DNA of 64,000 bases from the NCBI GenBank assembly GCA_011911785.1, contig GCA_011911785.1_4084.1. The stretch is one strand, 5' to 3'. Below the pieces are notes generated by a model. It was not told the DNA's origin and did no database searches. It was given only the letters and a program-made list of their open reading frames with translations. Both the position numbers and the translations under genes were made by a program. The first letter of the stretch is position 1; the number at the start of each line of letters is the position of its first letter. Origin of the DNA: a phage. Positions 1-10,435 of this stretch are shown here, in pieces.

Positions 1-2
1 TT

Positions 3-170
3 GGACGTGGGTTGCGTAGAGCAGAAGATAAAGACCACGTAGAAATTTATGATATAAGTGGATCTAATAAGTACAGTGCAAAACACTTACGTGAAAGAAT
101 TGCATATTATAAAGAAGCACAATATCCACATAGTGTAATCGACGTGAAAGATTGGGAAAATACAGCGGGA
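3..170 (+). CDS. 3' end of an upstream gene, partial (hypothetical protein)
   Basis: Frame open from window edge to TAA at 168-170; absent from ORF track because there is no start in the window. Confidence 0.3.
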
Positions 171-194
171 TAATCCCGCTGTTAATGATATAAT
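162..194 (+). promoter_or_regulatory. stem-loop followed by extended -10 element
   Basis: Perfect 9-bp inverted repeat ACAGCGGGA/TCCCGCTGT at 162-182 overlapping the stop codon; TGaTATAAT at 186-194, about 20 nt upstream of ATG 216. Confidence 0.4.
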
Positions 195-215
195 GGACTG
201 TATAATAAATCAAGG

Positions 216-653
216 ATGTTAACAAATATGGAACTTAAATCGAGTATCGCATTTATCTGCGACCAAGAAACTTTAGACATTATGGATGTGTTATTGAATG
301 ATGATAATATCATGGATGACATGGTATCTTCATTGGATTATATTTCCGAATTAGAAACAGATGACACAAATGTATGGCGTTGTAACACAGATGGTGATTC
401 ATGGGTTAATATCTATGAATTACAGCAACGCATTGATTCTAAATTTGAATCACTAAAATATGATATCATTTATGCAAGTACTGATTCTAAAACATTCGTT
501 GATATTGTTAGTCTAAGTGGAAACTTTGATTCATATCTTGATACTGATACTGATAAGATTCAAGAACTTTGTGATACCTATGGATTAGAATTTTATGGGT
601 GTGATGAAGAAGAAGATTATTATGATGAAGAAGACGAAGATTCATTATACTAA
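216..653 (+). CDS. hypothetical acidic protein (145 aa)
   Basis: ORF track; AAGGA upstream; Asp/Glu-rich C-terminus. Confidence 0.55.
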   Translation: MLTNMELKSSIAFICDQETLDIMDVLLNDDNIMDDMVSSLDYISELETDDTNVWRCNTDGDSWVNIYELQQRIDSKFESLKYDIIYASTDSKTFVDIVSLSGNFDSYLDTDTDKIQELCDTYGLEFYGCDEEEDYYDEEDEDSLY

Positions 654-662
654 GGAGACAAT

Positions 663-1160
663 ATGAACGTATTAACCCCAGAAAATAATTCATTTGATAT
701 GGATTTGGTTACTGAACACATTCCAGAAGAAATGTATTGTGTGTTGGATTTGAGTGCAAATGGTGATTCAGATTTTTATTTCCGACATATTCTAAACACT
801 GTATCTTTTAATAGTATCAGTGCAGATCTTCAAATTGGTGATAAGGTTATTCAAGTACCATTGGGATGGCAAATTATGCTAGGTGATGAAGAATCAGGTA
901 TGGTTGAGATGTGTACTATTGAAAACATCTTAAACATGAAAGAGCCTAAAGCATTTGTATACAACCCGATTCGTTCGATGTATCCAAAATTCGAGCCAGT
1001 AAAAGTACTAAGAGTATTTGCACTTACAACTAAGTGGCAGATTCCTATGTTACCTAAAAAGAATTTACTATGTGTTCCATTGAGTAGTGGTGATAATCCA
1101 CCATGTGTTTACTTCGCCGATGAGAACGAAAAGATTCAAGACTTATACTTAGGAGTATAA
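663..1160 (+). CDS. hypothetical protein (165 aa)
   Basis: ORF track; AAGGAG RBS 6 nt upstream of ATG. Confidence 0.6.
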   Translation: MNVLTPENNSFDMDLVTEHIPEEMYCVLDLSANGDSDFYFRHILNTVSFNSISADLQIGDKVIQVPLGWQIMLGDEESGMVEMCTIENILNMKEPKAFVYNPIRSMYPKFEPVKVLRVFALTTKWQIPMLPKKNLLCVPLSSGDNPPCVYFADENEKIQDLYLGV

Positions 1161-1164
1161 AATA

Positions 1165-2007
1165 GTGTTAGATTTCAGTAATGTTAAAAGTAAATCGTCT
1201 GATGAAGTTATTAAACAAGAAAGTCATTCATTTTCTATTAATGATTTTCTTAAACATATTGACAGGGCTGATTACAAATATTACTCTGAAATGACCGAAG
1301 AAGAACGTAAAGATTTTACACCTTATACTGTTCTTCGTTGGGTAAGTTCATTAGATGATTCTTTGCAAGTAACTTACCCAAGTAGTAAAGTTGAAAGCGT
1401 TTTTGGTAAATGGAAAGCTGGTGGCAAAGATGCACTTACTGAATTAATCAATGAATTAAATTCAAGTGGTGTAAATGTGTCATCAGTGACAAAGTACTGT
1501 CATGCTGATTATGATTGGAGAATCAAGTTTGCAGTACAGGGTCAGTCCGATGCAAATAAATTGATTGCAGCCATGAATGATTTTAGCATTTCAGGGTCGG
1601 AAGTGATTTCTTTGGTTGATAGCACAACAGTAAAATACCAATTGATTATGTTAAATGATATGGTCAATGATGGTTTCTGGGATATGAAAGAACACCCTGA
1701 ACTAGTTTATCAATTGATGTGTGCTGTTCAGGATATGGTTGGTGGTAAAGAATTACCACGTAGTTGGCTTAACTTTTCAAAGAGTTTAAAACATGCAAAC
1801 AATGCATTATTTGACTTGATTAAAAGTACACAACCAAGTTCAGTTGCCAATCAAATGAACGAGGATGAGTATAAAATCATCTTATTACAATACACTAAGA
1901 AATCATTCGAAACTTTACTTGACAACATGGGTTATCAAGATAAAGATTCAAAAGCAATGATGAAACTATTCAAAGAAGAATGTAAGAAATATGGCAAAGA
2001 TATCTAA
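1165..2007 (+). CDS. hypothetical protein (280 aa)
   Basis: ORF track; GTG start preceded by AGGAG; tightly packed after previous gene. Confidence 0.55.
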   Translation: MLDFSNVKSKSSDEVIKQESHSFSINDFLKHIDRADYKYYSEMTEEERKDFTPYTVLRWVSSLDDSLQVTYPSSKVESVFGKWKAGGKDALTELINELNSSGVNVSSVTKYCHADYDWRIKFAVQGQSDANKLIAAMNDFSISGSEVISLVDSTTVKYQLIMLNDMVNDGFWDMKEHPELVYQLMCAVQDMVGGKELPRSWLNFSKSLKHANNALFDLIKSTQPSSVANQMNEDEYKIILLQYTKKSFETLLDNMGYQDKDSKAMMKLFKEECKKYGKDI

Positions 2008-2698
2008 ACCTGTATATCAATGTAAATTTTGTGATCGTGAATTTAAACGTGAAGACACAGTACATTCTCACAAATGTGAAAAGCGTGATAGATATGAAAA
2101 TCGAGACAGCCGCACCATGCGTGAGGCTTTTCGTTTATATATGCAATTCATGGAAACTAACAATTTCAAAATTAAAAAAGATGTAGAACCATATATTAGT
2201 TTTATCAAGTCAAGATACTTTAAAGATTTCTATGATTTTGCAGAATACTATTTGAATAATAGGGATATATTACATATAGATGATTTCACTTTACATCTTA
2301 TGAGAACCAATGTTCCCATTATGCAATGGAGTACATATAAAGCTAAGGATGAATGGATACTTTCATGTATACGTAATGAGCACCCCAACGATGCTGTTGC
2401 CAGAAGCGTAAATGCTTTAGTTGAATGGGAACAAATGACAAATAATCCGTGGAACACATTCTTTAAGAATGTTAGTTCTGCACGTTTGATTTCTTGGATT
2501 GAAAGTGGTAAAATATCACCTTGGTTGATATGGACTGCCCCTGTGAGTTCATCCAATGAATTGTTCTCACGACTATCAGATTCTGAATTTGAATATATAC
2601 TTAAATACATCGATCCTAGCTTTTTTGAAATTAAAAAGTTGAAGTATAAGAAAGAGTTTGAGGATATAAGAAGTATGTTAACTCAGGTGGGTTTATGA
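1991..2698 (+). CDS. hypothetical protein with N-terminal C2H2-like zinc-finger motif (235 aa)
   Basis: ORF track; CKFC...HSHKC spacing near N-terminus; overlaps previous gene by 17 nt. Confidence 0.5.
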   Translation: MAKISKPVYQCKFCDREFKREDTVHSHKCEKRDRYENRDSRTMREAFRLYMQFMETNNFKIKKDVEPYISFIKSRYFKDFYDFAEYYLNNRDILHIDDFTLHLMRTNVPIMQWSTYKAKDEWILSCIRNEHPNDAVARSVNALVEWEQMTNNPWNTFFKNVSSARLISWIESGKISPWLIWTAPVSSSNELFSRLSDSEFEYILKYIDPSFFEIKKLKYKKEFEDIRSMLTQVGL

Positions 2699-3024
2699 AT
2701 AATAAAAGTATATACAATAAAATACCAGAAGGGTACGTTCCTGTACCTAAATCGGACAAAAGTAAAGAATTACAATTACTTCGTCAAGGAAGTATAACTG
2801 AAATAACATTGGGTGACAAAACGTTCCAAGTTCATGATCCAGTAAAAATAGAACAATTGATTAAGCTAGTCGAGAGGCATGAAGAACGTTTACATTCTGT
2901 GTCTAATGAGACAGCACAATTGAAAAGAAAGATTCAGTACATGGAAAACGAAATACGAACCTTAAGAAATTCTATTAATAAATTACAGGATCAAATAAAG
3001 AATGCAGGATTCAACCAATTCTAA
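2695..3024 (+). CDS. hypothetical coiled-coil protein (109 aa)
   Basis: ORF track; ATGA stop-start overlap with previous gene. Confidence 0.5.
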   Translation: MNNKSIYNKIPEGYVPVPKSDKSKELQLLRQGSITEITLGDKTFQVHDPVKIEQLIKLVERHEERLHSVSNETAQLKRKIQYMENEIRTLRNSINKLQDQIKNAGFNQF

Positions 3025-3640
3025 TCATTACAGAAAAGCTAGAACAGATATTGATATTGATTTTAAAGATAGTAAATCTGTCATAGCTCAATTGCCATGT
3101 GTAAGAAGTACTGAAAAGATTACAGAAGATGGATTGATTGCACATAATAGTGGTGTACACTTTGATAATATTCCAATCGATCCAATAACTGGTTTGGCGA
3201 GTATACAATATAAAGAAGCCGAAAGATTGGGGTATCAGAAGGTTGATATCCTTTCACAATCGGCTTACATGTATGTTCGTGACAGAGAACATTTAAAGGA
3301 ACTGATGAACAGAGAGCCTAATTGGGATCTGTTGTTAGAACCAGAAATTGTTGATCATTTATCACAAATTAAAAAGCATATAACTTTACTTAATGTTTGG
3401 AAACCCCGTTCTATAGACGAGTTGGCTATGTTTATTGCTATGATTCGCCCAGGGAAACGAAATTGTCAAAGTATGAACTCTTGGTCTGAAGTAGAATCGG
3501 TTATTTGGGATTATAGTAGTATTGGGCTAGATAGTGAGGGCAAAAAATTGCGTTATTTTAAAAAACCACATGCTTATGCTTATAGCTTAATGATTGTGGT
3601 ACAATTAAACGCATTGGTTGAACATCTTACTTCTTCTTAA
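3002..3640 (+). CDS. hypothetical protein (212 aa)
   Basis: ORF track. Confidence 0.5.
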   Translation: MQDSTNSNHYRKARTDIDIDFKDSKSVIAQLPCVRSTEKITEDGLIAHNSGVHFDNIPIDPITGLASIQYKEAERLGYQKVDILSQSAYMYVRDREHLKELMNREPNWDLLLEPEIVDHLSQIKKHITLLNVWKPRSIDELAMFIAMIRPGKRNCQSMNSWSEVESVIWDYSSIGLDSEGKKLRYFKKPHAYAYSLMIVVQLNALVEHLTSS

Positions 3641-3980
3641 GTGCCACATTACGTCTTTTAATACGTTTTTGTGGCAAATCACTTAACGAAATTACCGGAC
3701 CACAAACGAAATTCACCATAGGCGTATCGAAGCGTTGTGTGAAAGGTTCAAATTTCTCCATTTCTTCTTGAAAGAAAAGACACACTGGGATTGACCTGTT
3801 ACTTTGCCACCACCAATCGTGTGCTATTCCTAACAATTCATCTTGCATAGATTCATCCATAAGATCAAAACAATACAAAGTAGTATATTGCTTACTTTTA
3901 ATCTTGATGATACCAATGTAAGTTTTACCATTATATTGCAGTACTGTAATAAATGGTGGAATAGTATTATATTGATTCAT
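3627..3980 (-). CDS. hypothetical protein, minus strand (117 aa)
   Basis: Fills a 400-bp region where the + frames give only a low-complexity extension; basic C-terminus; weak RBS. Confidence 0.4.
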   Translation of the reverse strand: MNQYNTIPPFITVLQYNGKTYIGIIKIKSKQYTTLYCFDLMDESMQDELLGIAHDWWWQSNRSIPVCLFFQEEMEKFEPFTQRFDTPMVNFVCGPVISLSDLPQKRIKRRNVALKKK

Positions 3981-4037
3981 ATGAGTTCCATAAATATTAG
4001 TATAAATTTATACCTATTATTTATGGAAGGAATAATC

Positions 4038-5015
4038 ATGTCCCATCACGGTGTGTATATGTACCCTTATAATCAGGAAGTATCATTGGGCAATTTTAAT
4101 ATGCCATTTAACAATGATAAGTTAACGATTTATCGTGGTGCTAACAATAACGTAACTTTCACAGTACACAATGCTGATGGAAAGTACACTCAATTAAAAA
4201 CTAATGAATATTTAACATTTATGATTTTCGATGCACGTAACAATACGATTTTGTTTGATACTGTATTGGAAAAGATTTTACCAAGTTGGTTAAACGATAG
4301 TGGTCAGGCTAAACCTACTTTGGGTAATAGTAAAAAAGTATATTATGGTTGTATAATTCCTGCTGGTATTATACAAGATACTAGTCCTGGTTCCAAATAC
4401 AGATGGAGTATTACTAAAGTAACTATGGACGGTTCGTTGATTGAACCAACACAGTACTTATATACTGGTTTAAATTATGAAGCATCATCTGAACTAATTA
4501 TCTCCGACAAAGCAGCACCTGTTTTCGTACCAAGCATTGAAGTTTCTGCTGATCAGAATCCATCTTGGAAATCTATCAAGTCTGCGTTCAGAGAACCTAT
4601 TAGTGATGGTTTTAAAGGTGAATTTGATGTTATGTGTACATCGCCTTTGAGAGCACAAATGCAATATGGTTTAGTTGATGGTTTAAGTACTATTGCAATT
4701 TACTGTAATGGTTTTATTGGTAGGATACAGTTACAAGGATGCTTGAGTAATGATGTACCAAGTGATAGTGATAACTATAAGTGGTTTATTATCAAGTTGG
4801 ATGGAAAAGAGTACATCGAGAATGGCATAGATGAAAATGGCGTACCCGTTCCGTTGGAAGGTATACAGGCATTTAATTTTAAAGGTAATTACATGTGGCT
4901 TCGTGTGGTTGTTAGTATTCGTCCAATCTCCAAACCAATCCCATATGATTATGCTGCAATCCGTAAAATCTATAACCCACTCTTAACTGTTCCTAAAATT
5001 TTGATTCGTCGATGA
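4038..5015 (+). CDS. hypothetical protein (325 aa)
   Basis: In-frame ATG at 4038 preceded by GGAAGG; start moved from ORF-track 3843 because the upstream extension is low-complexity. Confidence 0.55.
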   Translation: MSHHGVYMYPYNQEVSLGNFNMPFNNDKLTIYRGANNNVTFTVHNADGKYTQLKTNEYLTFMIFDARNNTILFDTVLEKILPSWLNDSGQAKPTLGNSKKVYYGCIIPAGIIQDTSPGSKYRWSITKVTMDGSLIEPTQYLYTGLNYEASSELIISDKAAPVFVPSIEVSADQNPSWKSIKSAFREPISDGFKGEFDVMCTSPLRAQMQYGLVDGLSTIAIYCNGFIGRIQLQGCLSNDVPSDSDNYKWFIIKLDGKEYIENGIDENGVPVPLEGIQAFNFKGNYMWLRVVVSIRPISKPIPYDYAAIRKIYNPLLTVPKILIRR

Positions 5016-5068
5016 GACATACTCATAAGCTGTGATATAATCATCGAAGACAAGAAAAGGAATTACAT

Positions 5069-6118
5069 ATGAACTCAGTACAAGACATTATGGCACAAAT
5101 CATGAATGACCCTGTACCTGGTATTGGTATATGGGCACACCACAACTGTCCTATGTGTGTGTTTCGTGGACATTCAAGACCTGATGTAAAGGGTCGTGGT
5201 AATCATATGTTTAATTCTGATGGTTCAGTATCTTATAACTGTTTTAACTGTAGTTTAAAGACAGGTTGGCAACCTGGAAAATATATGAGCAAAGATATGG
5301 AGTCTTTGCTCATTTCTTTTGGTGCACAACAAAAAGATATAGAATTATTAAAATTTTACATAAAAGAAATGGTAGAGAGTGGTGATTATGCTGAACAAGA
5401 GTCTACCACATCGAAGTTATATCAAAGGGTAACAGCACGCGATTTACCACCTAATTCAAAGACATTTTTTGAATGGGCTTCAGATGATAATGCACCCAAT
5501 GAATTTTTTAGTGTACTGAATGCAGTAAATGACCGAAATCCATATCTATTGGATTTGGAATTATATTGGAGTCCATCTAAAGAACATAAAATGTATGATA
5601 GATTTATTATACCTTACTATATGAATGGTAAAATAATTGGGTATACTGCAAGACATAAATTAAAAGACCCAGGAAGTACGTATCGTTTTATTAATCAGGT
5701 AAGTACTAATATTTTGTACAATTATGATTTGTTGAATGATGAACGTATAAAAACTTTATTGGTATGTGAAGGACCAATGGATGCCGCATTGATGGGTGGT
5801 GTATCAGCAAATAACTTTAAGTTATCTACACCACAGATTGAAATACTTAAACAGGCACAGAGTAAAGGTAAAAAAGTAGTAATTGTACCAGACAGGGATA
5901 AAGATGGATTAGTGACAATTGACCAAGCATTAGAGCATGGTTTTAGTGTTGCCTTTCCAAACTTTGGAGCCGTAAAAGAAGGTAGTGGTATTCGTCACAT
6001 AAAAGATTTTGACGAAGCCTGTGCCAAATATGGTCGTTTATTTTGTCTACAACTAATACATGAAAGTATAGTTGACGAACCTTTCTATATCAAAGCACAA
6101 ACCGATAAATGGATGTAA
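5069..6118 (+). CDS. DNA primase (T4 gp61-like; zinc ribbon plus TOPRIM)
   Basis: N-terminal CPMC...CFNC zinc-binding motif; TOPRIM signature LVCEGPMDA ... VIVPDRDKDG; immediately upstream of the helicase. Confidence 0.8.
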   Translation: MNSVQDIMAQIMNDPVPGIGIWAHHNCPMCVFRGHSRPDVKGRGNHMFNSDGSVSYNCFNCSLKTGWQPGKYMSKDMESLLISFGAQQKDIELLKFYIKEMVESGDYAEQESTTSKLYQRVTARDLPPNSKTFFEWASDDNAPNEFFSVLNAVNDRNPYLLDLELYWSPSKEHKMYDRFIIPYYMNGKIIGYTARHKLKDPGSTYRFINQVSTNILYNYDLLNDERIKTLLVCEGPMDAALMGGVSANNFKLSTPQIEILKQAQSKGKKVVIVPDRDKDGLVTIDQALEHGFSVAFPNFGAVKEGSGIRHIKDFDEACAKYGRLFCLQLIHESIVDEPFYIKAQTDKWM

Positions 6119-6136
6119 AAGAAATAAGGGAATATA

Positions 6137-7663
6137 ATGATTCAAAGCACAGTGGACGTCAAACAATATGGGATTAATGCCCAACAATATCTATTATCAC
6201 AAATTTTCAGTAACCCAGATTTATATGTACGCTGTAAAAATATTCTTAAACCTGAATATTTCGATAGCACTTTTCATGAAAGTATTAAATTCGTTCATGA
6301 TTACAGTGCAAAATATAGTGCATCACCAACTTTAAAAGATATTGAAGTTAAGGGTGGTTTTGCATACGATAGTACTGAAGTAAGTGAGCTACACAAGCAA
6401 TCAGTACTTGATACATGCAGTGAGTTCTGCCGACACAAAGCACTAGCTTTAGCTGTTGAGAAAGGTATGGAGTTAGTACATCAGAAAAAATATGGTGGAA
6501 TCGAAGAACTAATTCGTGAAGCTATGCTTGTTTCTGTACAAAACGAACTAGGTCTGGATATCTTTGAAAATCCAGAAGATACAATTCGCTCACTAAGTAC
6601 GATGCAAGGTTCATTCAAGAGTGGTTGGGAAACTCTGGACTTTAAACTGTTTGGTGGTTTCGGTCGCCGTGAACTTGAGATCTTCGCAGCAGCATCCGGT
6701 GGTGGTAAATCAGTTGTTCTGCAAAACTTAGCAGTAAACTTTGCTAAAGCTGGACTGAACGGTGCTTACATTTCATTAGAACTTGCTGAAGAGTTGGTTG
6801 CAGTCCGTATCTATGGTATGATGACTGAATCCAAATTGAGTAATGTTAAACATGAAGCAGACCGAATTGGTTTACAAGTACAAATGGAAGGTAAAAACAG
6901 TGGTGTAATGCGTATCAAGCGTTTGCCTGAATCTGTGACAACAACAGATGATATTGAAAGTTACCTTCGTGAATTACAAATCAAATTGGAAATTAAACTT
7001 GATTATGTTTGTGTGGACTACTTAGATCTATTAACATCTAATCGTCTTGGTCCAAATGATAAATCGAATACATTTACCAAAGATAAGTTTGTTTCTGAAG
7101 AATTGCGTGCTCTAGCAACTAAGATGGATTTAACTGTATTCACTGCATCCCAGTTTAACCGTAGTGGTATGGGTGAAGATAAGAAAAGCCAAAGTCAGAT
7201 TGCTGGTGGTATTTCAAAGATCTATACCGCAGATAACGTAATTTACATTGAAGCACGAAAAGAAACTGGTGAGATGTGGTTCGACTTCCAGAAAACACGT
7301 AACAGTAGTGCAGTTGGTTCTCGTTTGCGTATGTCTTATGACATTGATTCATTACGTGTGTTGGACCATGCAACAACCATTCAGCAATTCGAAACCGATG
7401 GTTCTGGGTTCAAGCATAGCGGACTAACAAAGGTCGGTGGTGGTAACATGGCACTCCCCCCAACCACTATGCAAACATTGCGTCACACGCTTTCTGGTGC
7501 ACAAAAACCAGTACAAACACAAAGTACTGTTGAAGCTGATGACGTAACACTAAATACAGAAAATGCTACACTTTCTAGCACTACAGAGGAAACCCAACAA
7601 CCTGTTAATATTGGCACTAATCGTGCGAATATGATGAAACAATGGTTGAATCAAAGGAAATAA
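6137..7663 (+). CDS. replicative DNA helicase (DnaB / T4 gp41-like)
   Basis: Walker A AASGGGKS; Walker B-like CVDYLDLL; RecA-fold helicase motifs; 508 aa. Confidence 0.85.
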   Translation: MIQSTVDVKQYGINAQQYLLSQIFSNPDLYVRCKNILKPEYFDSTFHESIKFVHDYSAKYSASPTLKDIEVKGGFAYDSTEVSELHKQSVLDTCSEFCRHKALALAVEKGMELVHQKKYGGIEELIREAMLVSVQNELGLDIFENPEDTIRSLSTMQGSFKSGWETLDFKLFGGFGRRELEIFAAASGGGKSVVLQNLAVNFAKAGLNGAYISLELAEELVAVRIYGMMTESKLSNVKHEADRIGLQVQMEGKNSGVMRIKRLPESVTTTDDIESYLRELQIKLEIKLDYVCVDYLDLLTSNRLGPNDKSNTFTKDKFVSEELRALATKMDLTVFTASQFNRSGMGEDKKSQSQIAGGISKIYTADNVIYIEARKETGEMWFDFQKTRNSSAVGSRLRMSYDIDSLRVLDHATTIQQFETDGSGFKHSGLTKVGGGNMALPPTTMQTLRHTLSGAQKPVQTQSTVEADDVTLNTENATLSSTTEETQQPVNIGTNRANMMKQWLNQRK

Positions 7664-7666
7664 CGA

Positions 7667-7939
7667 ATGGCTAATGAATCCAGTAAAAAGAATCTACTTG
7701 ATAGTATAGTAAATTATACTCCAGAGAAGGATACATTGCAGAGTTTTGGTAATAGGGCCGACCATGCCATAAATTCTGTAATTCATTTATTGGAGAGTAT
7801 AGATAATGAGTTTAATAGTATTGATGCTGAAGATTTAAAGAAACGATTATTTTTGAGTATCAAGAACCGAGATTACAAAAAGTTTCAGAAGGGGTTGGAA
7901 AATATAGCACTGGATGAAAAACGTAATAAAGGTAATTGA
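7667..7939 (+). CDS. hypothetical protein (90 aa)
   Basis: ORF track. Confidence 0.5.
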   Translation: MANESSKKNLLDSIVNYTPEKDTLQSFGNRADHAINSVIHLLESIDNEFNSIDAEDLKKRLFLSIKNRDYKKFQKGLENIALDEKRNKGN

Positions 7940-7940
7940 T

Positions 7941-8099
7941 ATGAAAAAGAAATTAAAAGAAAATGCTTCAGCAGGTGCTACCTCGGCAGGGGCAGTTGCA
8001 TCAATCAGTACTGGATTAAATTATCCATTACTCAAACGTATTCCTCCAACCAATTTCTTTGGGTATAAAGAATATAAAATTAAAAAGGATAAGGAATGA
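7941..8099 (+). CDS. hypothetical small protein (52 aa)
   Basis: In-frame ATG at 7941 just after previous stop; ORF-track start 7914 lies inside the previous gene. Confidence 0.4.
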   Translation: MKKKLKENASAGATSAGAVASISTGLNYPLLKRIPPTNFFGYKEYKIKKDKE

Positions 8100-8488
8100 A
8101 ACCATATACGTTCTACACTATTAATACCGTTGTAGATATAGGTGATGGTAGTACTCCAACTATAATCGATTCAAAATTCACAGGTGCTATGAATTTGTCC
8201 CGATTACTTGAAGCAATCATGGTGCATGATTATCCAATGATGGTAAGTGTTGTTAGAGATGAAGTTGATTTGACTAAAGGAAACAATTCTGAATTTTACA
8301 GCTTACCATCGTCATGGGGAAAATGTATTGTTAGTACTTTCAAATTTGCATTACCAGTTGATGTTAATTTGAGATTAAATGGAATACCATTAGTACTACC
8401 TACAGTGGTTAATAATAACCGCATTACAAAATTTATCACAACGAATTGTACTCGTAATATTAGCATCAGTAAACAGACCTTTTCTTAA
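8096..8488 (+). CDS. hypothetical protein (130 aa)
   Basis: ORF track; ATGA overlap with previous ORF. Confidence 0.5.
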   Translation: MKPYTFYTINTVVDIGDGSTPTIIDSKFTGAMNLSRLLEAIMVHDYPMMVSVVRDEVDLTKGNNSEFYSLPSSWGKCIVSTFKFALPVDVNLRLNGIPLVLPTVVNNNRITKFITTNCTRNISISKQTFS

Positions 8489-8504
8489 TTGTGATAAATA
8501 TCAT

Positions 8505-8530
8505 AAAGCAAGACTAAGGTCTTTTTTATT
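8505..8530 (+). terminator. putative weak intrinsic terminator
   Basis: Short stem AAGAC/GTCTT followed by TTTTTTATTTT. Confidence 0.35.
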
Positions 8531-8541
8531 TTGGAGAATAT

Positions 8542-9498
8542 ATGGACATGCAACAAACCGCAAGCGAACTACAGAAGTTTGCTGATGCTCATGGAATGAA
8601 CATCGATGTGGCAATTATTATTGATAATATGGATGCAGGTGATTTCGTTGCTCTTAATGGTGCAATGGATAATTCAGACAACCGTACAATTATGCAATTG
8701 CTACAAAAATATAAAGCACATATGAGTGAGAGTTATAATTATTTTAGCCCAACCAATTTTATGAAACACATCAACGAATCATCTGAATTGTGTTCTAAAG
8801 TTGACTCAATGAGTGCGAAAGAATTAACCGAACATTATCGTTCAATGAACACCTACTGTGATGTATCCAGTCTTAGTATTCAAGAACTTAAAGCTTTGGT
8901 TTTTGAAGATATCACTTCACAGCTAAAATCAAATCAAGCCGTGAATATGAACAATAATACGCAACAAATGAATCCACAAACACAAGCAAAACTTAAACAA
9001 GCGGAATTACAAAAGAACGCTAATAATATGCAAGTTACTGTTCCTGGGTCACAATCTGGAACTGATGCTGTTGAGCCAGTCGTTGGTGTTGATATTGGTG
9101 CAACCCCAGACCAATCTTTGGTTATTACAAAAAATGGTAATAAACCAAATGAATTAAATGTATTTTCACTTGATGATGTAACTCCGGTTGATATGCAAAA
9201 TCAAAAAGTTACTGAAGATCAAGAAACCCGTGTTTCTGATGAAAAAGACCCCAATGAAATCAATGATGAATTGATGGCTCCCCCTGATAATGCAGGTCTT
9301 TCAACCGATGAACCAAGTGACTCACCATTGACCAATCATCAGCCTGGTATGGGTGAGATGATTCATGCAATCAATGATATTGAGAAAGAAGAAGACCTTT
9401 CTGGTGAAGAAAGTCAAATGGGTAATAGTGCTCAATCGGATAATGATGATATTATTAACCAAATTATTGATGCTTGTTCGAGAATGAGAGGACTATAA
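8542..9498 (+). CDS. hypothetical acidic protein (318 aa)
   Basis: ORF track; GGAG RBS; Asp/Glu-rich C-terminal half. Confidence 0.55.
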   Translation: MDMQQTASELQKFADAHGMNIDVAIIIDNMDAGDFVALNGAMDNSDNRTIMQLLQKYKAHMSESYNYFSPTNFMKHINESSELCSKVDSMSAKELTEHYRSMNTYCDVSSLSIQELKALVFEDITSQLKSNQAVNMNNNTQQMNPQTQAKLKQAELQKNANNMQVTVPGSQSGTDAVEPVVGVDIGATPDQSLVITKNGNKPNELNVFSLDDVTPVDMQNQKVTEDQETRVSDEKDPNEINDELMAPPDNAGLSTDEPSDSPLTNHQPGMGEMIHAINDIEKEEDLSGEESQMGNSAQSDNDDIINQIIDACSRMRGL

Positions 9499-9716
9499 TG
9501 CGTACTGTTCCGAATTTACACGGACACAATACTATGGTTTCCAACGAAGAATATAAGTTATTACAAAAAATAAAGGCACGCGGTACTGTGCCTGTTAAAA
9601 ATGTCAATGAATACTATGAAGAATTGGCTGAAAAACTTGTATCTCGTGGTGTTCTAAATAAGGAACAGAACGATGATGGTGATGAAGTATATGTGTCAAT
9701 AAGGAGTAAGAAATGA
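9498..9716 (+). CDS. hypothetical protein (72 aa)
   Basis: ATG at 9498 preceded by GAGAGGA; ORF-track start 9474 lies inside the previous gene. Confidence 0.45.
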   Translation: MRTVPNLHGHNTMVSNEEYKLLQKIKARGTVPVKNVNEYYEELAEKLVSRGVLNKEQNDDGDEVYVSIRSKK

Positions 9717-10402
9717 ATTACGAATATGACCAAAAATCGGTTGACATGATGACTAACTTACTAAGTGGTTTGAATGATATCGAGTCTGGTAATGTGTCTG
9801 CATCATCTGGTGCACATTATAATACTGGTGGTGATATTGGGGCAATGACTGATATTTTGACCTCATTAAATGAGGCTGGTATGAATTACGGTGAACCAGT
9901 ACAACAGGTACACCAAGAACATCCTCATGTAACAACATATAATAGCCCTTACAATGAACACATTATGGGGCATCCAGCGTCCACACCACAATACGCACCT
10001 AGTGCCAGTACTAAACCAAAAACTAACTGGAGTTTAGTAGAAGAGAAAGTTCCAGGAACTAAAAATACAAAAACCTATAGTATCAAAAGTAATCATAGCT
10101 CACAAATACTAATGAATAATATCATGATGTACGAAGCTGCACTTACTTTAGTTAACTTATTAAATGAAGGTCGAGTATTGACTGATGCTAAAATTTTAGG
10201 TATCATTAGCTCTGGGATGCAATTCACTCATGTGATGAACGAAGCACTTAATGCTGCAAAGAAGAGACAACAAGTATTGAATGAGTCTAAGTACGATGAA
10301 GCTAAAGATCTAGACGTACTAATTGCTGAAAAGAAAGCAGAAGCATTTAAACTTAAAGAACGTGTTATGAACTTCCTCAAGAGTGAAGGTTATATCAAGT
10401 AA
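9713..10402 (+). CDS. hypothetical protein (229 aa)
   Basis: ORF track; ATGA overlap. Confidence 0.55.
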   Translation: MNYEYDQKSVDMMTNLLSGLNDIESGNVSASSGAHYNTGGDIGAMTDILTSLNEAGMNYGEPVQQVHQEHPHVTTYNSPYNEHIMGHPASTPQYAPSASTKPKTNWSLVEEKVPGTKNTKTYSIKSNHSSQILMNNIMMYEAALTLVNLLNEGRVLTDAKILGIISSGMQFTHVMNEALNAAKKRQQVLNESKYDEAKDLDVLIAEKKAEAFKLKERVMNFLKSEGYIK

Positions 10403-10435
10403 ATAAATTTAGGATATTTTTATAAGGAAATACAA

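Noticed and set aside
3843-4037. N-terminal 65 codons of ORF-track entry 3843-5015
   Set aside because: Low-complexity translation with no RBS, overlapping the minus-strand ORF 3627-3980; the in-frame ATG at 4038 has a GGAAGG RBS, so the gene is called from 4038.
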